A stretch of DNA of 64,000 bases from a virus. The stretch is taken from positions 64,001 through 128,000 of IMG/VR virus record IMGVR_UViG_3300028840_006907. One strand, 5' to 3'. Numbering within the stretch: the stretch's first letter is position 1; every line of letters begins with the position of its first letter. Both the position numbers and the translations under genes were made by a program. Of the stretch, positions 37,141 to 46,654 are shown piece by piece. Below the pieces are notes generated by a model. It had not been told where the DNA came from. It searched no databases and was given only the letters and a program-made list of their open reading frames with translations.

Positions 37141-37174
37141 TTGGAGGATCCGCATTATGACGCAGATCCTCCAA
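37141..37174 (-). terminator. hairpin terminator after the coiled-coil gene
   Basis: 13-bp stem ttggaggatccgc/gcagatcctccaa. The single non-Watson-Crick position is a G-U pair on the minus strand. Confidence 0.5.
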
Positions 37175-37193
37175 CAATGAAAGGAACTTAATA

Positions 37194-38192
37194 TTATTTA
37201 GATTTATTACTACCGGCGGCAATTTTCGAAACTTCTGAAATAGTCGCAGCGTCACCTTGTGCTTTCAGAGCTGCCTGTGCCATTGTAGCAACTTTTTCGT
37301 TGGCACTTAATACAGCTTCATTTGCTCTATTAATTTGTTTTTCCAGATCCACCACTTTAGCTTCAAGATTGGCAATAGTAGATTGAGCAATTTTAGCCTC
37401 AGCATCGGTATGGGATTTAACCATATTAGCCTGGAATTGCGCCGATTTCTTAGCTTTTTCCTCACCATTAGTAAAAGCTTCATCAATTTTATCTTGAATA
37501 CTCTTTTCAAGATTTTCAATCTTTCTAGAAAGTTCATCAATTTTACTATCTTTTTCATTGGCTATTTTTTCACGTTCACCGACTTCTTTTTCACGTTGAT
37601 CAAGGGATTTTGATTTCAACTCTAATTCATCAGCGACCTTATCAGCATCTTTACGACGGTTGCGTGTAGTATCATAGTTATATTGTTCTTCTTCACGAGC
37701 ACGTTCAATATCTTGTTTTTCTGTAATTTTTTCTGCTTCCTCATTGGTTTTCTTAATGGTGTCACGATAATATTCATCGGCTTCTTTCTTTTTCTCTTCA
37801 GCGTCAGCAATAATTTTCTTGGCCTCTTCATCTTTGTCAGCAATTAATTTTTCTTTAACCGCAGCCAGAGCAGCCAGGTCATTAGCACTAACTTCAATAC
37901 CATGAACTTCTTTTAATTCTGCTTTTTTAGCACCAATTGCAGTAACAAGATCATCGTATTCTTTTTTTAAGCCAACAACACCTTCGACAAGTTTTGTAAG
38001 AACAGTTTCAATAGTACTCGTGTCAATTCCAGAAGCATTTTTAACCGCACTTGATACAGCATCTTTGTTTGCTCTTTCAGTAGTACTGACAGGTTCATTT
38101 GCTTTTAATTTAGTTAATTCAGCTTTAGTTTCTTTATATGCATCCCATATTTCTTTTTTTGTGGAACCCATATATTTAATCTCTTCTGCCAT
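37194..38192 (-). CDS. Ala/Lys/Glu-rich coiled-coil protein
   Basis: Heptad-like composition throughout. Own terminator and a long upstream AT-rich region suggest high expression. Confidence 0.6.
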   Translation of the reverse strand: MAEEIKYMGSTKKEIWDAYKETKAELTKLKANEPVSTTERANKDAVSSAVKNASGIDTSTIETVLTKLVEGVVGLKKEYDDLVTAIGAKKAELKEVHGIEVSANDLAALAAVKEKLIADKDEEAKKIIADAEEKKKEADEYYRDTIKKTNEEAEKITEKQDIERAREEEQYNYDTTRNRRKDADKVADELELKSKSLDQREKEVGEREKIANEKDSKIDELSRKIENLEKSIQDKIDEAFTNGEEKAKKSAQFQANMVKSHTDAEAKIAQSTIANLEAKVVDLEKQINRANEAVLSANEKVATMAQAALKAQGDAATISEVSKIAAGSNKSK

Positions 38193-38334
38193 TTGAAATT
38201 CCTTTCTTTCAAAAGATTATTAATAAAAAGTTTGTACTACCCAACTATTTTTTGGTTGAGTAGTCCGTTAAATAATATTTAATTGTGAATATTTTTACTA
38301 GAGGAATTGGATGCTCCTTTACGGAGCACCTTTA

Positions 38335-39456
38335 TTATTTCATTCCGTGTTCCCAGTCCTCGACCTCATAAAGAAATTTTGTACCAGCAAGCAACTTCCG
38401 GTTATAGGAAGTACTCTGGATAAATATATTGTATTTGCCAAGATCTGCTTCTTTAGGAGCAAAAGAGACTCTTCCTTCTGGAATGCCTACGATCTCTCTT
38501 GCTTCACTACCACTGAAAAAATCTCCGGTGATTTTATCCTGGAGAATGACTTCTTTATATTCCTGAATCAGAACACGTTTAATAAATTCGTAGAATCCTC
38601 GGCCCTTCTTAAATGTCATCCCATTGTCTAGGACAAATTGTTTAATTGGACAATCTTCCTCAACATCCATAACCTGAAACCGTCCTGGTGGTACTGCAGA
38701 TAGCTTTGTGGTAGCATAACGCTCTTTATATTCTTTCGGAAGTGTAATTTCAGCTCCAGTAAGGGCTGTAAGGTTTTTGACCATGGAACGAGAGAAGTGA
38801 CGCTTCTTGAATCTCTTATTTACAAATTCAACAACTTTCTCTTTCCCGGCCTGGGAATAACATATAGCTTTAATCAGATCTGGAACATCTGAAAACTGAT
38901 TTAGTTCAAGATGAAGTCCTTCAGTTTTTCTGGCTACTTCTTTATAAAAACTGGTAGCATGACGACGGCCTAGTGCCTGAACTGCATATACGTGAACGCC
39001 CATTTCCAGGAGACAGTCTAGTTCGTTTCTCCAATCAAGATGTTTGTAATTTTGAGCCTCATTCTGTTTATGGGGAACATCATCACCGATAAGAACTAAA
39101 ACTTTGTTTTTGCCTGCTGTCCAGTTAAAGGCTCTGGCAGAATGAAGAACTAATTCATAACATTCCGGTGCATCACCACCGTAAGTATTACCACAATGAC
39201 GAATAAATTTTATTAATGAACTTTGATCGGTTGAGAGTTCATGTGTTTTAATAACATAAGTATTTCCATCATCACAATAATCCCCATGTGCAATTAACCC
39301 CATGCGAAAATTTGGTATGTCTTTAAAGAGATTTTTTGTAAACTTTTCGACCTCTTTTCGAACCTGGGTCAGGCATGGGTACATCGAGCCAGTAGTGTCA
39401 AAAGACACTAACACTTCGACGATTCCTTCTTTTTCATCCATAATTTTTTCCTCCAA
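38335..39456 (-). CDS. von Willebrand factor A (vWA) domain protein
   Basis: MIDAS-like VSFDTTGSM near the N-terminus; vWA-like beta-alpha pattern. Confidence 0.6.
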   Translation of the reverse strand: MEEKIMDEKEGIVEVLVSFDTTGSMYPCLTQVRKEVEKFTKNLFKDIPNFRMGLIAHGDYCDDGNTYVIKTHELSTDQSSLIKFIRHCGNTYGGDAPECYELVLHSARAFNWTAGKNKVLVLIGDDVPHKQNEAQNYKHLDWRNELDCLLEMGVHVYAVQALGRRHATSFYKEVARKTEGLHLELNQFSDVPDLIKAICYSQAGKEKVVEFVNKRFKKRHFSRSMVKNLTALTGAEITLPKEYKERYATTKLSAVPPGRFQVMDVEEDCPIKQFVLDNGMTFKKGRGFYEFIKRVLIQEYKEVILQDKITGDFFSGSEAREIVGIPEGRVSFAPKEADLGKYNIFIQSTSYNRKLLAGTKFLYEVEDWEHGMK

Positions 39457-39495
39457 TTTATGATTTTGGATTTTTGAATTTGTTTATTTATGTAT

Positions 39496-39852
39496 TTATG
39501 TTTTTTTGGCTGGAAAACCTAAATATGTAAGTTTCCAATCTAATTTTTGAGTCCATCCTTTTTCGATGGCTATATTTCTTGCTTCTTTTCTTGTCCTTGC
39601 TTGAATAACTTTAAAAAAATCTTTACGTGCAGGTACAGTAAAAAGAAAGAGAGGGGGATTTCCGTTAGGCATCTCCACTTTTGGAAGATGTTGATCTTTA
39701 GAGAAAATCCTCTCTATAGTTGTTACCCGATACCCACACTTTGGATTGGTACATAATCTCCTTCGCCTAGTGACATAAGGAGTTTTACAACGTGAATCTA
39801 TTACTTGAGTAGCACTCTCACATTGAGGGCATTTAAATTTTGTATGTGTCAT
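39496..39852 (-). CDS. NrdR-like zinc-ribbon protein lacking an ATP-cone
   Basis: [15 protein letters not shown]...[20 protein letters not shown] parallels the NrdR N-terminus (CPFC...VIDSR...RRRRxC..C..RFTTFE). Only 118 aa. Confidence 0.55.
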   Translation of the reverse strand: MTHTKFKCPQCESATQVIDSRCKTPYVTRRRRLCTNPKCGYRVTTIERIFSKDQHLPKVEMPNGNPPLFLFTVPARKDFFKVIQARTRKEARNIAIEKGWTQKLDWKLTYLGFPAKKT

Positions 39853-40726
39853 CTATACTTTGTTCCGCTATATTTAACAAATATTTTCCGTAATTATTCT
39901 TTTCCATTGGTAGAGCTAGGTTCATTAATTGCCCCTCATTTATATAACCATTTCGGTATGCTATCTCTTCAGGAGAAGAAATGATCAGTCCTTGTCTGGT
40001 TTGTATAGCTTCTACAAACTGGGAAGCTTGCATCATGGATTCATGTGTACCCGTATCAAGCCATGCTACTCCTCGGCCAAGAAGTTCTACTTTCAATAAT
40101 TCTTTTTCAAGATAAATCTGGTTAAGGCTAGTTATTTCAAGTTCTCCTCTGGGGGAGGGTTTTACCTGATGAGCGTATTCCACAACATTTTCATCATAGC
40201 AATATAAACCGGTAACAGCATAGTTTGATTTTGGATATTTGGGTTTCTCTTCAATACTAATGGCTCTTCCGTGTCCATTAAATTCTACAACTCCATATCT
40301 TTGGGGATCTGTGACTTGGTAACCGAAAACAGTAGCACCATGATTAAGTGTTACTGATTTTCGGAGTTTATCAATGAATTTATGACCCCAGAATATATTG
40401 TCTCCTAAAATGAGTGTCGTAGGTGAATCCATGGCAAAATCAGCCCCGACAAGAAAGGCTTGAGCCAGCCCTTCAGGTTTAGGTTGTATTACATAAGAGA
40501 AGGACAGCCCCAATTTATGGCCATCTCCGAGTAATCGTTTATACGACTCTATATCCTGGGGTGTTGATATTATGAGAATTTCTCTAATTCCTGCAAGCAT
40601 TAGTATTGATAGAGGATAATATATCATCGGCTTATCGTATATAGGAATTAACTGTTTGCTTATTCCTATAGTAGCTGGATAGAGCCTAGTCCCTGATCCT
40701 CCGGCAAGGATAATACCTTTTACCAT
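39833..40726 (-). CDS. rmlA: glucose-1-phosphate thymidylyltransferase
   Basis: [40 protein letters not shown] is a canonical RmlA N-terminus. Confidence 0.9.
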   Translation of the reverse strand: MVKGIILAGGSGTRLYPATIGISKQLIPIYDKPMIYYPLSILMLAGIREILIISTPQDIESYKRLLGDGHKLGLSFSYVIQPKPEGLAQAFLVGADFAMDSPTTLILGDNIFWGHKFIDKLRKSVTLNHGATVFGYQVTDPQRYGVVEFNGHGRAISIEEKPKYPKSNYAVTGLYCYDENVVEYAHQVKPSPRGELEITSLNQIYLEKELLKVELLGRGVAWLDTGTHESMMQASQFVEAIQTRQGLIISSPEEIAYRNGYINEGQLMNLALPMEKNNYGKYLLNIAEQSIDDTYKI

Positions 40727-40944
40727 TATTTTGTCTCTCCTTCAAAAGCTGCTTCTTTTTCATCACCTTTATTTTTATTAGCCATTTCGATGTATCTTTG
40801 TTCAATAAGATATGCTATCTCACCAGGTTCTAAATTTAATACAGCAAACCATCCTGGCATATCATTACGCATTAATCTTATTTGTACAACAGTAGGAGAG
40901 TGTTTTACATCACAGATGCTTATAACAGGCTTTTGTTTTGACAT
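40726..40944 (-). CDS. small protein, tandem paralog A
   Basis: Shares NMPGWFA.L.L...EI..L.E.(R/K)Y with 40953..41177. Confidence 0.5.
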   Translation of the reverse strand: MSKQKPVISICDVKHSPTVVQIRLMRNDMPGWFAVLNLEPGEIAYLIEQRYIEMANKNKGDEKEAAFEGETK

Positions 40945-40952
40945 AATTCCCC

Positions 40953-41177
40953 CTATTTTGATTTTAATTTTCTTGGTAATTTAGAAAACCCGCTACGGTC
41001 TTCAATTCCATTTTGAATTAAATTTTCATCAATTTTATATTTCTCTTCAAGTAATTGAGTAATTTCTTCTGCATCTAAATCCAATTCTGCAAACCATCCT
41101 GGCATATTTTTTTCTTTTAGTGTGATTCTGATAGCCCCCTCAACAGGTATCACATCTAATATGCTAAATGATCCCAT
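40953..41177 (-). CDS. small protein, tandem paralog B
   Basis: See the paralog at 40726..40944. Confidence 0.5.
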   Translation of the reverse strand: MGSFSILDVIPVEGAIRITLKEKNMPGWFAELDLDAEEITQLLEEKYKIDENLIQNGIEDRSGFSKLPRKLKSK

Positions 41178-41189
41178 CCTTTCTCCTTA

Positions 41190-41441
41190 TTAACATTTGG
41201 GTGGTTGGTTATAACTGGACACATTTGCAAGAGAACCAAATGCACTTTTAACTCCTTTAAAAGTTGATGTGATTATATTGTCTATTGTTGAAATAGTAAC
41301 TTTACATATAGTTACTATCCCTGTAACAATCACCCACAATGAAAATCCTGCCGTAACTAGAGTGAAACAACAAACAATTGTTTCTTGCACGTTGAGCCCA
41401 TCATTAATTAATTCCACTATTGCTTGCATTAATTCATTCAT
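41190..41441 (-). CDS. small membrane protein
   Basis: Hydrophobic core. Confidence 0.45.
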   Translation of the reverse strand: MNELMQAIVELINDGLNVQETIVCCFTLVTAGFSLWVIVTGIVTICKVTISTIDNIITSTFKGVKSAFGSLANVSSYNQPPKC

Positions 41442-41466
41442 ATCTGATTCCTATTTTATTTATTAT

Positions 41467-41931
41467 TTAATCTTCCCAAACAGTGTATTTATTAACACCT
41501 TGCCAATTAGTCTTATCATAAATGATCACAGGTCTTAAGAGATCCGGATCCAGAGCCATGGGAATCAACCATCTTAAATTTGGAATGATATTATTTGGCA
41601 AGTTGTTAATATCTGCTATAATTACTTTCTCATCTGTGGGATTATGTTCGGGTAAAATCAGTGCTGCTTTATTCAAAGCATAGAAAAAATAAACTCTCCA
41701 TCCTGAACCATTTATGATAGCAAAGTTTTTAAAATCCGCGATAGTATAAGAAGTTTCTTCTTTAAATTCCCTGATCATTGCCTGTTCAGGAGACTCCATT
41801 GGTTCAATATGACCTCCTATTCCGTTTACTTTATTTATCTGCCATTCTGGTCGATTTTTTTCTATCAGCATTACTTTATTAGTATGCCCTAAACAATCAT
41901 TAAAAAGAAATCCGACTACCATTTCAGTCAT
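41467..41931 (-). CDS. NUDIX hydrolase
   Basis: Nudix box GIGGHIEPMESPEQAMIREFKEETS. Confidence 0.75.
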   Translation of the reverse strand: MTEMVVGFLFNDCLGHTNKVMLIEKNRPEWQINKVNGIGGHIEPMESPEQAMIREFKEETSYTIADFKNFAIINGSGWRVYFFYALNKAALILPEHNPTDEKVIIADINNLPNNIIPNLRWLIPMALDPDLLRPVIIYDKTNWQGVNKYTVWED

Positions 41932-42317
41932 TCTTTTACTACCTCGATTGCGGGTTCACCTGGTTTATATGAATTACAAAGAGAATCGATAAATTCTTCT
42001 ATTGTACCGTACCTTTCTCGGGCACCTAATCCTTTATATTTTTCATTGTTCCAAAATTGGTCTGCCCGTTTCTCCATATACTCTCGATGTTTCTCAGGAG
42101 TAAGATCTGTAAAGATCCTGGAACCAACGGGAGGATCGTAATTAGGAAGACAACAATCTCCTTCCCAGTTTATATGAAGCATGTCTTTACCACATTTTAT
42201 ACATGTGATACCAAACGGGGTAACACCATCACGGCTGTTCCATATTGTTTCGGAATATCCACAATCCTTACACTGATATTTCATTAAACAGAAAGCTTCT
42301 TTGTGTAGATATGCCAT
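41928..42317 (-). CDS. zinc-ribbon protein
   Basis: CKDCGY...CIKCGK. Confidence 0.55.
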   Translation of the reverse strand: MAYLHKEAFCLMKYQCKDCGYSETIWNSRDGVTPFGITCIKCGKDMLHINWEGDCCLPNYDPPVGSRIFTDLTPEKHREYMEKRADQFWNNEKYKGLGARERYGTIEEFIDSLCNSYKPGEPAIEVVKE

Positions 42318-42329
42318 AGATCCTCCTTG

Positions 42330-42542
42330 TTAATGTCCAAATACTTCATCTGTATCATCTTCAACAAATGCTATAGGATCAGCTACTCCGAATTCTCCCA
42401 TATCTTTTACGCACTCATGGTAAACACAAGTGGGAGTTAACGGCTTGTTTGCTTTAACATTTTCTTTGAATTCAATCTCATTTATACCAATTTCAAAAGT
42501 GCGCTTACAATTTCTGCATAAAAGTTTAATATAATATTTCAT
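42330..42542 (-). CDS. hypothetical small protein
   Basis: ORF track. Confidence 0.45.
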   Translation of the reverse strand: MKYYIKLLCRNCKRTFEIGINEIEFKENVKANKPLTPTCVYHECVKDMGEFGVADPIAFVEDDTDEVFGH

Positions 42543-42790
42543 TTGGTTTTGTCCTTTTTAAGTCTGTTTTTAACCCGGTCCTTTTCTTGAAAATGCAAAT
42601 CTGCTGTTGACATGTGTGGGCATCCATCATATGGATCAGTGCAGAATTTAATTTCATGCCGAAAACCAATATGTGATTTTATTAATATTATTTTTTTGCA
42701 CCATATGTTTTTGTCTTCATCAGTTATAAGACAACAGACTGGTAGGGTTTCAATACCTTTATTAGAATTTTCTTCGTAATTTACCATCAA
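42539..42790 (-). CDS. hypothetical small protein
   Basis: ORF track; 4-nt overlaps with neighbours. Confidence 0.45.
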   Translation of the reverse strand: MMVNYEENSNKGIETLPVCCLITDEDKNIWCKKIILIKSHIGFRHEIKFCTDPYDGCPHMSTADLHFQEKDRVKNRLKKDKTK

Positions 42791-42996
42791 TTTAAACCTA
42801 TATGATCAAATCGTTTCAAGGCACATTCTACACATTCATCATCACTTTTTATTTCTATTTTCGGATTTACATCACATCCGCAGTCTATGCATTTCTTTGG
42901 TTTAATTAATCTCGCTTTAATATTTAATTTTGTAAATAGTTGTATAAATTTTCCTATAAACTTTTCTTGTGTTTCTATTATAAAATAGTGGCTCAT
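42787..42996 (-). CDS. hypothetical small zinc-ribbon protein
   Basis: CIDCGC...CVEC. Confidence 0.45.
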   Translation of the reverse strand: MSHYFIIETQEKFIGKFIQLFTKLNIKARLIKPKKCIDCGCDVNPKIEIKSDDECVECALKRFDHIGLN

Positions 42997-43047
42997 TTAT
43001 TGTTCTTGCCCTTTTGCAAGGTTCCTTTCTTTTTAGGTTTAAATACA

Positions 43048-44658
43048 TTAGTACAGAGGCTTTCCTGGTGCTGATCTCATACTCATAGGTCTTGGTATTT
43101 CTTCTTTCGCTGTTTCATCTTCTATAATAGCTATCTCTTCATTGAATTTATATGCTTTTAAATTCTTTTTAGACTGTTCGAAAAAGGTGATAGCTTTATC
43201 GATTTCATCTATAAGTGTTGATGTTTCCGGATTATCCATATTAATAAAGACCTTTTCAATAATACCGCATGTTAATTCTGCTTGTGTAAAATTATTGTTT
43301 AAGCATCGTGTTAGTATTTTTTCCAGATCTTTTTGTAGAGGAAATTCAATATCTTCGAATTTGGTATAGAAGCGTTTTAGTTTATTGAATTTGGACAGCA
43401 TCACGACATATGCCTCATCCCCGGTTCTGGGAGGTTTTATTTCAACTATTTCATCGAATCTCCCTGGTCGGTCAATGATAGTTTTATGGACTAATTCTGT
43501 GTCGTTAATGGTTATTAAAAGAACTATGTTAAGGTTATTATTTGTATCATCTATTTCATTTATAAAAGCTCCAACACGTTCGTTTTTTTCCTTAAATCCA
43601 AGAGCATCGAGATCTTCAATAATAACAAGAGCTGGTTGAATCATCCGAACAAATTGAAAGCACTTTTTTATTCGGTAAACTGTGCTGAATTCTTCAGGAC
43701 CTAGTTTGATAATAGTTATATCCGTAAGGATCTCTTCGAGTTTTTTTATGATAATAGATTTACCGGTACCCTGAAGCCCTATGAATCCGAAACCCCTTTT
43801 ACGATTATACTTTAAAATTTTCCTTATTACTTGTGCAAAAGCAGGAACATCATATTGGTTGATATTCTCTTCAACCTTCTGACGTGGTTTTGTTATAAGG
43901 CCATTTCTGAATTCCAATATATTGTCATGGGTATTAAAGGTGACAATGAAATCTTTTATTATGAGTTCTTCTAGATCGCGGATAATTTCTTCTGCTGAGT
44001 AAGATGAATTTAACGCATATTGTAAATCAAAGTAATATGAGGAAGATATCAACTTTGTGATCTTTAAATCGAACAATATTTTCTCATCATTAAATTCAAC
44101 CAGAATAAGGATCTCATTAAATTCGTGATCGAGTGAAACCTTTTCTAATGGTTTAAAAGAATGATCATAGTAACCTATTATTTTATATCCATTTGTTTTC
44201 GGGCTTTTAAATAGCCAGAATATGATGTCTTCATTTAAATATTTAGTCTCGTAATAACTGACATTATGGATATCCTCTATCTCTAAAAATTCTTTTAATT
44301 TCTTCTGCCTCTTATCATATTCAGAAAGTTCTTTTTGGTTTATTTTATCTATATATTTCTTGATTTTAATACCCATCTCCAGGCCATAGAGTGAAGCCGG
44401 TAAGGTATAGCGAAATAAGTTGAAGGTGTTTTTAAAAGTGAGTTTTCGATTACCATTGGTTAAGAATTTAAATCCTTTATCTAAATCTAAGATAACAGAT
44501 AAAGCTTTTGTGATATCTGCTGGACTTCCGTAATTTTCACCAATAAAATTGAATAAATGATATAGTTTGTGGTTTCTGGGAACCAGATTCATCAGTGATA
44601 TATCTGTTTTGGGATTTTCATCTCCTGCTGTCGTTACTGGCATATTTACTCGTGGCAT
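43048..44658 (-). CDS. AAA+ ATPase
   Basis: Walker A GLQGTGKS, Walker B LVIIEDLD, followed by an arginine-finger-like DRPGRFD. Confidence 0.75.
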   Translation of the reverse strand: MPRVNMPVTTAGDENPKTDISLMNLVPRNHKLYHLFNFIGENYGSPADITKALSVILDLDKGFKFLTNGNRKLTFKNTFNLFRYTLPASLYGLEMGIKIKKYIDKINQKELSEYDKRQKKLKEFLEIEDIHNVSYYETKYLNEDIIFWLFKSPKTNGYKIIGYYDHSFKPLEKVSLDHEFNEILILVEFNDEKILFDLKITKLISSSYYFDLQYALNSSYSAEEIIRDLEELIIKDFIVTFNTHDNILEFRNGLITKPRQKVEENINQYDVPAFAQVIRKILKYNRKRGFGFIGLQGTGKSIIIKKLEEILTDITIIKLGPEEFSTVYRIKKCFQFVRMIQPALVIIEDLDALGFKEKNERVGAFINEIDDTNNNLNIVLLITINDTELVHKTIIDRPGRFDEIVEIKPPRTGDEAYVVMLSKFNKLKRFYTKFEDIEFPLQKDLEKILTRCLNNNFTQAELTCGIIEKVFINMDNPETSTLIDEIDKAITFFEQSKKNLKAYKFNEEIAIIEDETAKEEIPRPMSMRSAPGKPLY

Positions 44659-44927
44659 TATTCTTTATCTTCTTCCTCTATTAATTTGTAACCCATACTA
44701 TGAGGCTCTTGTGGTTTAAAATATTTGTCATAAGTATCTGTGTCATCAATGTGAGCTATAATATAATCCCCTTTTATTTCTTTTACTTTCCCTATTATTT
44801 TATCTCCAAATTTAATTGGAGACCCTATAGGAGGTGCCCCTAAATTTGGGTTAATAGGAAATTTTATAAATTCCCCTTTTTCTTTTCGTTTTAAGAATTT
44901 TAAGAATATTTTTGGAAGAGCCATCAT
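44658..44927 (-). CDS. hypothetical protein
   Basis: ORF track. Confidence 0.5.
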   Translation of the reverse strand: MMALPKIFLKFLKRKEKGEFIKFPINPNLGAPPIGSPIKFGDKIIGKVKEIKGDYIIAHIDDTDTYDKYFKPQEPHSMGYKLIEEEDKE

Positions 44928-45202
44928 AATCCTAGTGCTTCTTTTTCTTTTTTGGTTAATTTTTTTAAAGCTCTTTTTCTGTAAATAACTTTGGGATCTG
45001 TTTTATCCAAATTATAGACTTTTCCTTCAACAATGACACGACCGCCACTGATCTCTTCTCCACTGGCTTTTAAAGGTCTGTAATCAACCCATTCTTCTTT
45101 CAAATCCCCACATTTTAATTCACAAGTTTCTTTATGGATAAATGCCTCTTTCATAAGATTCGACCCACCCATTGTACTTCTTTTCATTAAATAGACTTCC
45201 AT
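44924..45202 (-). CDS. hypothetical protein
   Basis: ORF track. Confidence 0.5.
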   Translation of the reverse strand: MEVYLMKRSTMGGSNLMKEAFIHKETCELKCGDLKEEWVDYRPLKASGEEISGGRVIVEGKVYNLDKTDPKVIYRKRALKKLTKKEKEALGL

Positions 45203-45214
45203 TATTTATTCCTT

Positions 45215-45601
45215 TTAATCAATGTCAAAAGAGTCAGCACTTCCACATTTGGGACACCTAGCTTTTCCATGGTTGTGGTCTCTTTTCCAATTCTCATAAA
45301 ACCACCATTTTTGAATCCAAAACTTTCGAAAGATCCTTTTAAATTGCTGTAACGCTAACCACCAGGAGTGCGGGTCAGATCTTTTCCAACCATTTTCTTC
45401 AGCATAATAGTCATCAAACCTAATTCGTGTTGGATACCAGTAACCTTTTTTAGTGAATACATATGAAAGGAAACAGGATATTGGATTATACCCCCATTTT
45501 ATTTTTATGATTGGGAAAGTATAATAACCATATTTTCCAAATTTAAAGTCCCAGAAATCATCCTGACTCCAATCACAGTTATGACAGTGTAAATAAGCGA
45601 T
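45215..45601 (-). CDS. Trp-rich zinc-ribbon protein with no canonical start codon
   Basis: 144-codon open frame (45215-45658) with no in-frame ATG, GTG or TTG. HCHNC...CPKC and 12 Trp. AAGGAG lies 6 nt before an ATC at 45601. Confidence 0.5.
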   Translation of the reverse strand: MAYLHCHNCDWSQDDFWDFKFGKYGYYTFPIIKIKWGYNPISCFLSYVFTKKGYWYPTRIRFDDYYAEENGWKRSDPHSWWLALQQFKRIFRKFWIQKWWFYENWKRDHNHGKARCPKCGSADSFDID

Positions 45602-45612
45602 ATTTAACTCCT

Positions 45613-46407
45613 TTATATATAGGTAGTGATTGTCTTTTCTACTGCCATAGGCAAAGTCTCAAAATTGGCATCTAATCTAATACAGGGAATTATACTAACA
45701 ATTTCTTCCATATTAAAATGCGATACTTCAAGTTCTCGTTTATAACCATCACTGTAATGATCGTAACATTTTTTATATTTATTAACAAAGTCTTGCCTGA
45801 CAACGAGATTTCTGTTTTCTTCTACAATAAGCCTCCCTTTGGTACCCTTGGTTCTCTGTACTACATTGTAGTATCTTTTCGCATATTTCGGAATTTTAAA
45901 ACGCCATAGATCATCAGGAGAAGCCCCACTGAATTTTACTGCTAATTTTCTTTTTTTCGATGGAGGTAAAAAACCGTCAATTAAAATCAATGCCTGTATG
46001 TTAGGTTTTTTATGATATGGTTTGAAAAAAGACAAGGCGGTAAGGGTATCCCCAACTCCGAAGCTCTTGGCAACAATGATATGATTAACATTATTTCCAT
46101 AATATTGCATAGTTTGTTGTAAAGCCTCAAAGAGACATTCTTCTGAGTCAGATCCAATAGTACCTCGACCAAAGATGAATACATAATTATCTTTGGTCTC
46201 AGGGGCCTTATTGCTCGTCCTGGCTTGTTCAACCCCGGTTAAGACTTCATAAAACAGGGAAGAATTGGTTTTCTCTATTTCTTGAACGTGAGGTAGCCAG
46301 ATAGTATTATAACCATCTAGTGCGTTCATATCAAAAGGATGTTCAGTGTCCTTTTGATGGAACCGGTTCATCCCAAGCATTACTGTTATAATAGTATATG
46401 AATCCAT
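45613..46407 (-). CDS. hypothetical protein
   Basis: ORF track. Confidence 0.6.
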   Translation of the reverse strand: MDSYTIITVMLGMNRFHQKDTEHPFDMNALDGYNTIWLPHVQEIEKTNSSLFYEVLTGVEQARTSNKAPETKDNYVFIFGRGTIGSDSEECLFEALQQTMQYYGNNVNHIIVAKSFGVGDTLTALSFFKPYHKKPNIQALILIDGFLPPSKKRKLAVKFSGASPDDLWRFKIPKYAKRYYNVVQRTKGTKGRLIVEENRNLVVRQDFVNKYKKCYDHYSDGYKRELEVSHFNMEEIVSIIPCIRLDANFETLPMAVEKTITTYI

Positions 46408-46654
46408 CCATTCTCCTAATTGTTGAAAAAGCTACATATATTTTACGACATAAGGAGACGCTTTCATTAAGTAGTTTTTTTGAAAATCTAAAATAGTTTT
46501 ATTCGGGAAAAATTTCTGTGGTTAAATATTTGATATTAAAGTATGATTTTAAAGGAATTATCTAAGTTAAATCATTTTTTCAACTCAACAACGTAATATT
46601 AATATACCTTCATAAATATAGAACACTCTTTATCACATTTTTTTAGGATGGATT

